Part shown: positions 18,544-29,098 of the stretch, one piece after another
How positions within the stretch are numbered: position 1 is the stretch's first letter
How the letters are laid out: each line of letters begins with the position of its first letter
NCBI GenBank assembly: GCA_050015075.1
Contig: JBEKCB010000014.1
Coordinates: 1 to 64,000, forward strand
Origin: Candidatus Brocadiia bacterium
GTDB lineage: Bacteria; Planctomycetota; Brocadiia; CAIUPP01
Length of the DNA: 64,000 nucleotides
Reading direction: 5' to 3'
The notes under the pieces: model-generated
Databases searched by the model: none
The model's input: only the letters and a program-made list of their open reading frames with translations
What the model was told of the DNA's origin: nothing
Program-made: the position numbers and the translations under genes

Positions 18544-21500
18544 ATGAGACGATTGTTCCCATTGGCGGCGACGGGGTTCGTCCTGTTCTGCGCGGCGCTC
18601 CAGGCCGCCGAGATCGGTCCGACGGACGTCAAACCGCAGCCTGCGTTGCGGGCCGATGAAAATGCTCTGAAGGACGTTGAGGCGCTCCTGCGTGTCGCGC
18701 CGACCCGCAACATGGGATCGCCGAATCGCGAAGCGCTGGACAAGTACGTGGCCGAACGGTTCAAGGCCACCGGCTTCGAGTGCGGGACCATCAACTTTCC
18801 CACCGCCGCCTTCATCCCCGGCAAGGCCGAAATTCGCCTGCCTGACGGAACCAGCTTTCCTCTCCAAACTCTGGCCCCCAACACGGCGCACCCGGGCAAC
18901 CTGCCTGGCGGGCAGTGGTCGGGGAACCTGGCGGACATGGGTCGCGGTACGCTGAAGGACATCGAGTCCTCCTCGCCGATGAACGCGGCGGTCCTGCTCG
19001 ACATGGACAGCCACCGCGCGTGGGTCACGGCGCTGGAACTCGGGGCGCAGGTGCTGATTTTCGTGGGCGGCGAGCGGGACAACACCCGCCAGGCGGCCGA
19101 AAAACTTTACGTGGCCCCGCTTTCGGTCCCGCGCTTCTATGTGGCGCCCGGCGACGGGGCGGCGCTCCGGAGCGCGCTCCAGGCGCAGAAGACGCTCGCC
19201 GTCCGCATCGTGCAGACCCAGCCGAACCGCTGGGCGAACGTCATGGCGGCGGACGACTGGGTCATCATCCCCGGCGCCGGTCAGGCCGATAAAGTCGTTC
19301 ACATCCAAGCGTACAAGGACGCCGCCAGCATCGTCCCGGCGGCCACTCCCGGCGCGCAGAGCATCTGCAACCTCGCCCTCCTTTTCCGCCTGCTCGACCA
19401 CTACACCCGCTACAAACCGCAATGCACGCTCGTTTTCTCCGCCGTCAGCGACCACTGCAACGCCATGCGCGGCGAGCAGTTCTTCCTCGGCTCCACCTAC
19501 CCTGATGCAGGCGCGCTGGCGGACGAACTGGAGCAACGCGAAAAGGATCGGAAGGAAGCGGAGTTCTACGCCAAGGTTTACGCCGATACTTCCGCTGCGC
19601 AGGTCGGGCGGTTGCGGCAGGACTCGTCCATGGAGACGGGGCAAGCCCTGCAGTTGAAAACGCCGATCGTTGACGAATTGAGCTATCAGCGGAACAAGAC
19701 GAACCGCCGCATATCGCAGATCGCCGATCAGCTTAAAGCCGGGCAGTTATCGCAATCCGTACGCGAGGCGCTGGAGGCGGAAAAGGAAACCCTATGCGGG
19801 AAGGACGGACAAGGCGGCCGGCTCGGCGACCTGGTTGCGATGATGGGCGTCTTCCAGAAATGGCGCAGCAGCGCGACCTTCGAGGCGCTCAGCCCCGAGC
19901 ACCAGGCGGAACTGGTCGCGGTGATGCAGGCGCTGCAGCGGAAGTACCGGGAGCGGGCGGAGGACGCCCGGTCGCAACTGGACCAGATCGAGGCCAACGC
20001 GCGCCTGGGGCGTGCGCTGGCGGGCAAGACGACGCACCTGTACCTGAGCCTGGACCTGACCTTCGGCAACGACCGGATGGGGTTCTTCTATCAGGGATCG
20101 GACCTGCAGGACATCTGGGGGTTTTCCACCGAATGGTCTACGACGGTCGCGCCGCTGGCGCGCCTCTCGGTGGAACTGGCCTCCAAAGTGCCCGGCGGGG
20201 ACCTGCATTTCGCCGACACGATCCAGAACAGCGGCAGCGACTGGCGGAGCCACCTGGGCGACAAGTTCGCCATGGCCGCCTCGAGCGGCGCGGGCCTGGT
20301 CCTGCCGAGCGTGACGCTGACGACCGTCGGCGACACGCGCGACCTGCTGTTCACTCCAGGCGACAGGCTCCAGAATCTGGACGCCGCGCGCGTGGGGAGC
20401 ATGCTGGACTTCGCGAACCGGTTTCTGGTCGAGCTGCTTGAGCATCCGGAGTTTCCGCAGGCGACGCGGCCGGAGCGCGTCCAGAACTTCAACGTGCTCA
20501 CGTATCGCTACAACCTGCGCCGCATGGACCCGTTCTCGGTGGAGATCCCCAGCGAGCGCGTGCGCGACGCGGCGGTGGTCGCCTATCCGGGCGAGCTCGT
20601 CCAGACGCTGCTGCCCGTCGAAGGCCAGGTGGCGATTTGCCAATTGGCGCTGACGGACCGGCAAGGCACGGCGATATTCCGCGCGGCGCCCTGGCCTTTC
20701 GCCATCGAGGCTTACGGCTTCTCTCCGGATTTCGCGCAGATCAACGGAGCCATTGACGCCGGCGCGGGGCTGCGGCGCATGTCGCCGGCCCTGGCCAATC
20801 CCGGGAGCGACTGGGTCTGGGACGACCACCTGGCGCTCCTGTTCGACTGCATCCAGACGGATCTGGTGGGGCTGAATAATCCGTCCACGCGCTCGCCTAC
20901 GCAGCACATGATCCTGCTCGACGCCGTTCAGGAATCCAGCCCGGAGCACTACGGCATCGCCGGGATCAAGGAGGACCGCACCAAGTTCGTTCCCATTCCC
21001 GGCGACGAAGGCATCGGCTGCGTTTTCACCGACGAGGGGATTCCGATCAAGGTCATCTCGACGGACTTCCTGCTGATCAACTCAACGCCCGAGCGGCCGG
21101 ATGGCGTGGGCTACCTGCCGGGCGACCCGCGTCTCAGGACGATCACTTACACGGCGGCGAAGGACATCCAGTCGCTCAACGGCGTGCGGTCGCAGCGGAT
21201 CGAGGGCAAAGGCGTCAGCAGCCTTGCCGCCGACGAGCTGTACGCGCAGGCGGTGGACCTGGTCAAGAGGGCTGAAGCGCAGCGCGCGGAGGGCCGGCAA
21301 GGGAGCTTCTTCAGCACCTCCGTCGAGGCGCTCAGCACCGCCTTGCGCTCTTATCTGATGGTCCGCACCACGACGACGGACCTCATCAAGGCCGTCGCGG
21401 TTTTCCTGGCGCTCGTGATCCCGTTCTGCCTGTTCCTGACGCGGCTGGTCACGCCGTGGACGGACATCCGCGCGCAGATCGCTTCGTTCCTGGTCATCTT

Positions 21501-23541
21501 CACCATCATGGCGCTGAGCCTGGCGTTGCTGCACCCGGCGTTCAGCCTGTCGCAGACACCGATGATGGTGCTGCTGGCCTTCATTATGGTGGGGCTGGCC
21601 ATCTTCGTCATGCTGATCCTCTATACGCGGTTCGACGCGGGCTTGCAGAAACTGGTCGAGGAAGCGCAGGGCGTGGAGTCGTCGGAAAGCTCGCGCAAGA
21701 TGCTCGCCGGGGTGGCGTTCTCCGTCGGGGTCAACAACATGCGGCGGCGGTTCATCCGCACGACGCTGACCGCCGCCACGATCGTGCTGGTGACCTTCAC
21801 GATGTTGTCGGTCATCAGCGTCGGCCAGTCGCTCGTGCCCTACCGCCGCAAGACCGAGGCGAACGTGCCGTACAACGGCGTCCTGTTCGCCAAGCCGGGC
21901 ATGGCGCCCATCTCGCCGAGCACCGCGCTCAGCGTCGTCGGACTCCTCAAGCCGTACGGCACGGTGGTGCTGCGGACGTGGACGCAGCGCCTGGATTCGT
22001 ACGGTGGCTATCTCCTTCAGCCGGTCACCGACCCGGCCCACCCCGACAAAACCATCAGCCTCGACGCGGTGGTCGGAGTGCAGATGACGGAGAACGGTTT
22101 CATCACGCCCATGCCGCTGGTGGCGGGCCGGTGGTTCAGCAGCGACAGCGCGGCGGAGATGGTTCTGTCGGCGGAAACCGCTTCGTACCTGGGCATCGCG
22201 AAGGAGCCGTTCGTCGAGCGGACGCTGGATTTGCGCAACCGCAAGGTCCGCCTCGTGGGGCTGCTGGACGATGCGAAGCTGGCGGCGATCGGCGACCTCG
22301 CGCGGCTGATGCTGCTGCCGCTGAAGAGCATGCCCGACCTCATCACCCACACGGTGTCGGAGACGGGCGCAATGATCGTGAGCGAGGAGGACGCGATGGC
22401 CGGGCCCGCGCCGTCCGCGCAGTCGCTGCGCTCGCAGGAGGTTGCGTTCGTGCCTGTGGACTTCGCGCGCGAACTGCCGGACACCTCCTACCGCTCCATC
22501 GCACTGAAGACGGAGGACGCCGCTTCGGCCTGGGCTGCGGCGAACCACTTCGTTGACGCCACGGGCATACTGACCTACGTGTCCATCCGCGCGCCGATCA
22601 CCACGCCGGACGGCGTTTCCCTCCAGTCCCACCAGTATTCCCTCGGCGCGCCGGTCGGCACTACGATCGGCGGGGCCGGCAAGGTCATCATCCCCATCTG
22701 CCTGGCGGCGACCATCATTCTGAACACGATGCTCGGCACCGTGATGGAGCGGCGCAAAGAGATCGCGGTGTACAACAGCATCGGACTCAACCCGACGCAC
22801 GTCTTCGTCTTTTTCGTGGCCGAAGCCGTGGTCTTCGGGATGATCGGCTCGGTGGCGGGATACCTGATCGGCCAGGGTCTGGCGCAGGCGATCGTGCACT
22901 TCCACTGGCTGCCGGGCGTGAACCTGAACTATTCCTCGATGGCGGTGATGCTGGTCATCTTCGCGGCGATCGTGACCGTCGTCGTCTCGACGCTGTACCC
23001 GGCGTATATCGCCACGCGCGCGGCGGTGCCCTCGGGCCAGCGCCGGTGGAAGCTCCCGCCGCCGGTCGGCGACGAGCTGCATCTGGACTTCCCTTTCAGC
23101 TACAGCGTACAGCAGTTGCCGGGCGTGCTGGCGTACCTGCAAGCGTTCATGGATCTGAACAGCGAGGCGTCTTCGGGCCGGTTCCTGACGCAGGACGCGC
23201 GGTTCGGGTTCGTGCACGACGTGGACGCCCGCAAGGTGCTGGCGATGACGTACAGCGTCACGCCCGTGCCCTTCGACCTGGGCGTCAACCAGCGGATGGA
23301 GGTCTACGGTTATTACCGGCCGCGGGTGCGGGCATACGTGGTCGCCGTCGTGCTTACCCGGCTGAAGGGCGACAAAAAGAGCTGGCTGACGGTGAACGAG
23401 CCGTTCCTGGAATCGTTGCGCGCGCGGCTGCTGAGCTGGCGGTCTCAATCGAGCGTCAACCAGGAGCAGTTCCGCAGGCAAGGCGAGGCGATGTTCGCCG
23501 AAGCTCGTGAATTCCCCGTGCTGGAGAACGCGGTCCGGTGA
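18544..23541 (+). CDS. Giant M28-peptidase-like / MacB-FtsX-like permease fusion
   Basis: Signal peptide; PA/M28-like region (VVHIQAYKD, PGAQS, LVFSAVSDH); 4-TM block; MacB-type NMRRRFIRTTLT TM plus extracytoplasmic core; FtsX motif VMERRKEIAVYNSIG...FVAEA. Confidence 0.75.
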   Translation: MRRLFPLAATGFVLFCAALQAAEIGPTDVKPQPALRADENALKDVEALLRVAPTRNMGSPNREALDKYVAERFKATGFECGTINFPTAAFIPGKAEIRLPDGTSFPLQTLAPNTAHPGNLPGGQWSGNLADMGRGTLKDIESSSPMNAAVLLDMDSHRAWVTALELGAQVLIFVGGERDNTRQAAEKLYVAPLSVPRFYVAPGDGAALRSALQAQKTLAVRIVQTQPNRWANVMAADDWVIIPGAGQADKVVHIQAYKDAASIVPAATPGAQSICNLALLFRLLDHYTRYKPQCTLVFSAVSDHCNAMRGEQFFLGSTYPDAGALADELEQREKDRKEAEFYAKVYADTSAAQVGRLRQDSSMETGQALQLKTPIVDELSYQRNKTNRRISQIADQLKAGQLSQSVREALEAEKETLCGKDGQGGRLGDLVAMMGVFQKWRSSATFEALSPEHQAELVAVMQALQRKYRERAEDARSQLDQIEANARLGRALAGKTTHLYLSLDLTFGNDRMGFFYQGSDLQDIWGFSTEWSTTVAPLARLSVELASKVPGGDLHFADTIQNSGSDWRSHLGDKFAMAASSGAGLVLPSVTLTTVGDTRDLLFTPGDRLQNLDAARVGSMLDFANRFLVELLEHPEFPQATRPERVQNFNVLTYRYNLRRMDPFSVEIPSERVRDAAVVAYPGELVQTLLPVEGQVAICQLALTDRQGTAIFRAAPWPFAIEAYGFSPDFAQINGAIDAGAGLRRMSPALANPGSDWVWDDHLALLFDCIQTDLVGLNNPSTRSPTQHMILLDAVQESSPEHYGIAGIKEDRTKFVPIPGDEGIGCVFTDEGIPIKVISTDFLLINSTPERPDGVGYLPGDPRLRTITYTAAKDIQSLNGVRSQRIEGKGVSSLAADELYAQAVDLVKRAEAQRAEGRQGSFFSTSVEALSTALRSYLMVRTTTTDLIKAVAVFLALVIPFCLFLTRLVTPWTDIRAQIASFLVIFTIMALSLALLHPAFSLSQTPMMVLLAFIMVGLAIFVMLILYTRFDAGLQKLVEEAQGVESSESSRKMLAGVAFSVGVNNMRRRFIRTTLTAATIVLVTFTMLSVISVGQSLVPYRRKTEANVPYNGVLFAKPGMAPISPSTALSVVGLLKPYGTVVLRTWTQRLDSYGGYLLQPVTDPAHPDKTISLDAVVGVQMTENGFITPMPLVAGRWFSSDSAAEMVLSAETASYLGIAKEPFVERTLDLRNRKVRLVGLLDDAKLAAIGDLARLMLLPLKSMPDLITHTVSETGAMIVSEEDAMAGPAPSAQSLRSQEVAFVPVDFARELPDTSYRSIALKTEDAASAWAAANHFVDATGILTYVSIRAPITTPDGVSLQSHQYSLGAPVGTTIGGAGKVIIPICLAATIILNTMLGTVMERRKEIAVYNSIGLNPTHVFVFFVAEAVVFGMIGSVAGYLIGQGLAQAIVHFHWLPGVNLNYSSMAVMLVIFAAIVTVVVSTLYPAYIATRAAVPSGQRRWKLPPPVGDELHLDFPFSYSVQQLPGVLAYLQAFMDLNSEASSGRFLTQDARFGFVHDVDARKVLAMTYSVTPVPFDLGVNQRMEVYGYYRPRVRAYVVAVVLTRLKGDKKSWLTVNEPFLESLRARLLSWRSQSSVNQEQFRRQGEAMFAEAREFPVLENAVR

Positions 23542-25532
23542 GTCCCCGTTTCGGACAAGGCGACAAGGAGCTGGAAGAGTACCGGGACATTATGCCCGTC
23601 CCGGACCATTTCGAGGACGGGTTCAGCGGCAAGACGGTCCTCGGCGCGATCTTCCTGGGGCTCTTCATGCTGCCGGGGTCCATGTACCTGTCGCTCTTCA
23701 TGGGCGGCGGTCTCGGGCCGGCGGCGCGGTGGGTGACCGTCATCCTCTTCTCGGAGGTCGCCCGCCGTTCGCTCAAGAGCCTCAAAGAGCAGGAAATCTT
23801 CATCCTCTTCTACATGACGGGCGTCGCTCTCTCCAGCCCGTTCCAGGGGCTGCTCTGGAACCAGTACCTGGCGCAGTCGCCGGAGGCGCAGGCGATGGGC
23901 GTGGCGCCGCTGATCCCCGCCTGGGTCACGCCCTCGGCCGAACAGATCCGGCAGACCGGCAACACGTTCTTCAGCCGTATCTGGCTGGCGCCCGTGGTGC
24001 TGATCGCCATCCAGTTGCTTATCTCGCGCGTGAACGGGTTCGGGCTCGGCTATGTCCTTTACCGGTTGACGGCGCACTACGAGAAGCTGCCTTTCCCCAT
24101 GGCGCCGGTGTCCGCGCAGGGCGTGCTGGTGCTGGCCGAGGACAAGGAGAACCGCAACCGCTGGCGCCTGACGACGTTCGCCATCGGCGCCATGCTGGGC
24201 GCGCTCTTCGGGTTCGTTTACGTCGGCATCCCGTCGCTGACCGGCTCGATCCTGGGCACGCCGTACCAGTTGCTTCCGAACCCGTGGCTCGACCTGACCA
24301 TCACGACGCAGAACGTCCTGCACGCCACACCGGTCAACCTGGTCTTCGACCTGTCCATTGTGATCGTCGGCATGGTCCTGCCCTTCTGGGCGGTGATCGG
24401 CGGGTTCATCGGCGTGGTCCTCACCTTCATCGCCAACCCGATCCTGCAGCATTACGGCAGGCTGCCCACGTGGCAGATGAATATGGGGCTGGTGGACACG
24501 ATTTACAGCAACCAGATTGACTTCTACCTTTCTTTCGGCATCGGATTGACCTTTGCGATATTCTTCATCAGCCTGGCCTCGGTCGTGTTCCCGCTGTTGC
24601 GGAAGATGGCCATCGGCCGGCCGATCCAGCCCGGCGCGGCCCGCCCGCCGTCGGCGCTGGCGGACGCCCTCCGATACAACCGCCTGCGCGGCGACATCCC
24701 CATCTGGATTTCGCTGGCCATCTACATCATCTCCACCTTCGGCTACATCGCCTTGTGTGCCTGGCTGATTGACGGTTTTCCGTGGATCTTCTTCGTCATC
24801 TTCGCCTTCGTCTATACGCCGCTGATCAGCTACGTCTCGGCCAAGCTCGAGGGGCTGGTCGGCCAGGCCGTCTCGATCCCGCTCGTGCGCGAGTCGGCGT
24901 TCATCCTCTCCGGCTACAAAGGCGTGGCGATCTGGTTCGCGCCGATCCCGCTGGTGGACTACGGACAGGGCTTGCAGTCGTTCCGCGTCGTCGAGCTGAC
25001 CGGCACGAAGATGACGAGCCTGATCAAGACGGAACTGGTGACGATCCCCGTCGTGATCATCGCCAGCTTCCTCTTCTCGGAGTTCATCTGGCGGCTGGGG
25101 CCGATCCCGTCGGAGCAATATCCCTTCACGCAGGAAATGTGGCGGTTGTACGCGCTGAACAGTTGCCTGACGTACACGGCGACCATGAGCGGCGGCTCGA
25201 AGTTCCTCGACGCGCTGGTCCCGTCGTACGTCGCCATCGGGCTGGGGTTCGGCCTGGTGACGTACATCGGCCTGTGGCTGTTGAGCCTGCCGACGCTGCT
25301 GATGTTCGGCCTCGTGCGCGGGATGGGCGCGATGACGCCCGGCCACGTCCTGCCGGAGTTCATCGGCGCGCTGATCGGACGTTATTTCTTCATGAAGAAA
25401 TTCGGCGTGACTCGGTGGCGCCAGATGGCGCCGGTGGTTCTGGCGGGCTTCCTCTGCGGCATCGGCCTGATGGCGATGGCGGCCGTAGGCATCGCCCTGA
25501 TCGCAAAATCTATCTCATCGCTCTTATATTGA
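23538..25532 (+). CDS. OPT/YSL-like polytopic membrane transporter
   Basis: 664 aa with roughly 15 or more hydrophobic segments; EKLPFPMAPV motif similar to the OPT L.FP motif; GTGA overlap with the upstream gene. Confidence 0.65.
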   Translation: MSPRFGQGDKELEEYRDIMPVPDHFEDGFSGKTVLGAIFLGLFMLPGSMYLSLFMGGGLGPAARWVTVILFSEVARRSLKSLKEQEIFILFYMTGVALSSPFQGLLWNQYLAQSPEAQAMGVAPLIPAWVTPSAEQIRQTGNTFFSRIWLAPVVLIAIQLLISRVNGFGLGYVLYRLTAHYEKLPFPMAPVSAQGVLVLAEDKENRNRWRLTTFAIGAMLGALFGFVYVGIPSLTGSILGTPYQLLPNPWLDLTITTQNVLHATPVNLVFDLSIVIVGMVLPFWAVIGGFIGVVLTFIANPILQHYGRLPTWQMNMGLVDTIYSNQIDFYLSFGIGLTFAIFFISLASVVFPLLRKMAIGRPIQPGAARPPSALADALRYNRLRGDIPIWISLAIYIISTFGYIALCAWLIDGFPWIFFVIFAFVYTPLISYVSAKLEGLVGQAVSIPLVRESAFILSGYKGVAIWFAPIPLVDYGQGLQSFRVVELTGTKMTSLIKTELVTIPVVIIASFLFSEFIWRLGPIPSEQYPFTQEMWRLYALNSCLTYTATMSGGSKFLDALVPSYVAIGLGFGLVTYIGLWLLSLPTLLMFGLVRGMGAMTPGHVLPEFIGALIGRYFFMKKFGVTRWRQMAPVVLAGFLCGIGLMAMAAVGIALIAKSISSLLY

Positions 25533-25544
25533 TTTTTGGCCGGC

Positions 25545-27647
25545 ATGGCAGAGACACCGCCTTACAAACGCATTGACGCGGCGCAGCTTGAGGAGATGCA
25601 GCAGTTAGAGCGGCCGACGCTGCGCATCCGTTGGTGGATCGTGCTGCCGCTGGCGATCGTCCTGTGCGGCGTCCAGGCCGCGCTGAACCTCCGCTTTGAG
25701 AACGGCGCGACGGGGGTCTTCCTCATCGCCACCCAGATCTCGATCATCGCCTTCGCCTTCCTGATGTTGTTGTCGCTCGTGCTGAACCCCCTGCTTCGCC
25801 TGACCCGCCTGATGGAGCCGTTCAACCGCGGCGAAATGATGACGCTCTTCGCGGCGCTCTGCGTCTCCGCCGGCATCAGCTCGTTCGGCCTGGTGGACCA
25901 GTTGGTGCCGCTGATCGTCACGCCGTTCAACTCGGAGTACGCCACGCCGCAGAGCGGCTGGAATCAAGACGTGATCCCGCACCTGAACCGGGCCCTGTAC
26001 ATTACCGACATGGCGCGCATCAAGGAGTACCGGGAAGGCTTCCCCTCGGCCGAAGGGCTGTGGCGAAAGATCCCGTGGTCGTTGTGGGTCAAACCGCTGG
26101 CGCTGTGGATGATTTTCGTCTTCGCACTCTATGGCATGTTCTACAGCCTGGCGATGCTGCTGTACGACTCCTGGGCGCGGCGCGAGAAGCTGATATTTCC
26201 CCTGGCGCGGCTTCCCGAGGACCTTCTGAACGACGAGGGCGCCGCCTCCGGCACTCTTTCCTCCACACTGCACAGCGGCCTGTTCTGGATCGGCTTTCTC
26301 TTTGTCCTGCTGCTCCTGAGCTACAATGGCATCTGCCAGGCGGAATTGGTCCGCGGCTTGAACCCGTTGACCCTCGGCATCAAGCAGGACCAGCTCCGGC
26401 AAATGCTGGCCAACTCCGTTTTCAAGGGCATTGCGGACGAGTCGGAATTCGGCTTCCGCTTCCTGATCATCTTTACGGCCATCGGGATCAGCTTTCTCAT
26501 ACCGCTGGAGATTTCCGCGAGCATCTGGATCTACTACCTGATCGGCATGCTCCTGTTCCTGATAGCTTTCTGGACGGCCGCCGGGGCGACGATGGAGTCC
26601 TTCCCGAGCAACTGGCTGTGGGAGAACCACTTCGTCTCCAGCCTGGGTGCAGGCGGACTGCTGGCCTACTCCGCGGCGGCGCTCGTCAAGCTGGTGATCG
26701 AACGCGCAGGCGCTCTCCGGCAGGCGGCCGCGGCGCAGGGGCGGCGGCTCGGCGCCGCGGGCTGGGCGGTGAAGCTGCCGGCCAGCATGGGCTGGGGCGG
26801 TTTGCTCTTCCTGGTGTCGAGCGCGGTGGCCATCGGCTGGCTGGCGTGGTGCCACGTGCCGTGGTACTGGAGTGCGGGCTTCCTGGCGGTCATCGTGCTG
26901 GTGACCGTAGGGCTGATGCGCGTCGTGGCGGAGGGCGGCATCTATTGGTTCCACATCCACGTAGGTCCGTTCCATTTGATCAAGTCGTTCGGTGCGACGG
27001 AGGCGGTGCCGAAGGCCGTCCTGGCGCCGCTCATGCCGATTTATTCGGTGCTGTTCCTGGACATCAAGACGTTCATGGCCCCGGCGGTGATGAACAGCTT
27101 CAAGATGCAGGACGAGACGCGCGCCGCGCGCCGATGGTTTCACACGATCGTGATTGCGGCGAGCCTGGCGACGGTCGCGGTGTCGTTCGTCGCCATTCTG
27201 TACATCGTGTACGGCGTGGGCGCGAACCGGGCGGAACCGTGGTTCTTCACGGTCGGGCCGCAGAGCCTGTTCGACAACACCCAGTTGATGGTCAGCGGCG
27301 GCGCCGCCGGTTCCGGGCAGCACAACTGGATTTTCTACCTCATCGGCGCCGGCTGGGTCCTGCTGAGCATCGGCCTGCGCCGCAAGTTCTTCTGGTGGCT
27401 GCACCCGATCGGCCTGGTGATGCTGGCCAACCCGCTGATCGCGCAGCTTTGGTTCTCCTTTTTTCTCGGCTGGTGCTGCAAGAAACTGGCGGTCAGGTAC
27501 GGCGGTCGGCACATGTTCGCCCGGCTCCGCCCGGCGTTCATCGGGCTGATTTTCGGAGAGTTCGTGGCGGCTTTCACCTGGTCGCTCATCGCCGTCACGA
27601 TGCACTTGAACAAGATCTCGATAGACATTAACAAGTACTATCCGTAG
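25545..27647 (+). CDS. DUF6785/DUF6784-like polytopic membrane protein (distant OPT-like)
   Basis: W..REKLIFPLARLP, W.LHPIG, KLAVRYGG, RPAFIGLIFGE motifs; many TM segments. Confidence 0.7.
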   Translation: MAETPPYKRIDAAQLEEMQQLERPTLRIRWWIVLPLAIVLCGVQAALNLRFENGATGVFLIATQISIIAFAFLMLLSLVLNPLLRLTRLMEPFNRGEMMTLFAALCVSAGISSFGLVDQLVPLIVTPFNSEYATPQSGWNQDVIPHLNRALYITDMARIKEYREGFPSAEGLWRKIPWSLWVKPLALWMIFVFALYGMFYSLAMLLYDSWARREKLIFPLARLPEDLLNDEGAASGTLSSTLHSGLFWIGFLFVLLLLSYNGICQAELVRGLNPLTLGIKQDQLRQMLANSVFKGIADESEFGFRFLIIFTAIGISFLIPLEISASIWIYYLIGMLLFLIAFWTAAGATMESFPSNWLWENHFVSSLGAGGLLAYSAAALVKLVIERAGALRQAAAAQGRRLGAAGWAVKLPASMGWGGLLFLVSSAVAIGWLAWCHVPWYWSAGFLAVIVLVTVGLMRVVAEGGIYWFHIHVGPFHLIKSFGATEAVPKAVLAPLMPIYSVLFLDIKTFMAPAVMNSFKMQDETRAARRWFHTIVIAASLATVAVSFVAILYIVYGVGANRAEPWFFTVGPQSLFDNTQLMVSGGAAGSGQHNWIFYLIGAGWVLLSIGLRRKFFWWLHPIGLVMLANPLIAQLWFSFFLGWCCKKLAVRYGGRHMFARLRPAFIGLIFGEFVAAFTWSLIAVTMHLNKISIDINKYYP

Positions 27648-27689
27648 GATAGTCGTCGCCATGGGAATTTCCGAGGATGTGTTCTGCTG

Positions 27690-28424
27690 ATGACCGGCAC
27701 AAGCGCTGAAATCGTCGTGGACGTTCGGGACGTTCACCGGGAGTTCCGGATCGGCGGCGAGATCGTCCGCGCGCTGCAGGGAATCACCCTGCAGGTCGGG
27801 CGCGCCGAGTTTGTCTCGATCATGGGCCCCTCCGGTTCCGGCAAGACGACGCTCTTCAACATGATCGGAGGGCTTGACGCGCCGACGCGCGGCAGCGTCA
27901 CGCTCCTGGGCCACCCGCTGGGCACGCTGCCCAGCCACATCGTCGCCCGCCTGCGCTGCCGCAAAATCGGCTACATTTTTCAGAGCTACAACCTCATTCC
28001 CGTCCTGACCGCCCTGGACAACGTGGCGCTGCCCTCGCTGCTCCTGGGCCGGCCGCAGGCCGAGGCGCGCAGCCGCGCCGGCGCACAACTCGACCGAGTC
28101 GGCCTCGGCGACCGCCACCACCACCGTCCGGACGAACTTTCCGGCGGGCAGCAGCAGCGCGTCGCCATCGCCCGCGCCTTCGTCAACGAGCCGGCCATCA
28201 TCCTCGCCGACGAACCCACCGGCAACCTCGACCTCAAGACCGGCGAGGAGATCATCCGCATGCTCTCGGTCATGAGCAAGGAAGACAACGTCACGATCAT
28301 CTCCACCACGCATGACCACAAAATGCTTTCCGTGTCGGACCGCGTCGTCTGGGTCGTCGGCGGCAGAATTGACCGGCTGGTCAACCGCGAGGACCTCAAG
28401 ATTCAGGTCGGAAGCATCACATGA
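27690..28424 (+). CDS. ABC transporter ATP-binding protein (LolD/MacB-like)
   Basis: GPSGSGKT, LSGGQQQRVAIAR, ILADEPTGNLD, THD. Confidence 0.92.
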   Translation: MTGTSAEIVVDVRDVHREFRIGGEIVRALQGITLQVGRAEFVSIMGPSGSGKTTLFNMIGGLDAPTRGSVTLLGHPLGTLPSHIVARLRCRKIGYIFQSYNLIPVLTALDNVALPSLLLGRPQAEARSRAGAQLDRVGLGDRHHHRPDELSGGQQQRVAIARAFVNEPAIILADEPTGNLDLKTGEEIIRMLSVMSKEDNVTIISTTHDHKMLSVSDRVVWVVGGRIDRLVNREDLKIQVGSIT

Positions 28425-29098
28425 CCGAGACGCCCGAAGAACTGATGGCGACGCTGACGGCCGAGGCCGCGCACCTGCCGACGAAGACCCTCTTCCAGTT
28501 GGCGTGGGCGGGTCTGCGCGTGCGCCTGGCGCGCTCGCTGGTGACGCTGCTCTCCGTCGTCCTCGCGATCGCCTACCTCAGTTACAGCGGCGTGAGCAAC
28601 GACCTCGTCCAGCGCCTCGCGGGGAGCAAGTCGGACGAAATCTACACGCTGCTGCGCGCCGCCGGGATCGACGTCGAAGCCACCGCCAAGGGCAGCCCGC
28701 TCGACCGCTGGCTGGTGGCCATGGCGCTGCTGACCTGCACGGTCGGCATCGCCAACGCCATGCTCATGTCGGTCACCGAGCGCTTCCGCGAGATCGGCAC
28801 GATGAAATGCCTCGGCGCGGAGAACGGCACCGTGGTCAAGCTGTTCCTCATCGAGTCGGCCATGATCGGCGGCGCGGGGTCGCTCATGGGAATTGTGGTC
28901 GGCCTGCTCATCTGCGTCATCGCCGGCGCGGCGCAGTTCGGCCGGTACTCCATCGAGTACCTGACGTTCGGGTCCGTCATGACGTACGTGGGATTCGCCT
29001 TCGTGGCAGGCGTCGTCCTGTGTCTGATCGGCGCGGGCTATCCGGCGCTCGTCGCATCCCGGATGCGCCCGGTCGAAGCCTTGCGGGTGGAGGAATAA
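28421..29098 (+). CDS. Small FtsX-like ABC permease
   Basis: RSLVTLLSV TM1; MSVTERFREIGTMKCLGA; YPA..ASRMRPVEALR C-terminus. Confidence 0.88.
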   Translation: MTETPEELMATLTAEAAHLPTKTLFQLAWAGLRVRLARSLVTLLSVVLAIAYLSYSGVSNDLVQRLAGSKSDEIYTLLRAAGIDVEATAKGSPLDRWLVAMALLTCTVGIANAMLMSVTERFREIGTMKCLGAENGTVVKLFLIESAMIGGAGSLMGIVVGLLICVIAGAAQFGRYSIEYLTFGSVMTYVGFAFVAGVVLCLIGAGYPALVASRMRPVEALRVEE

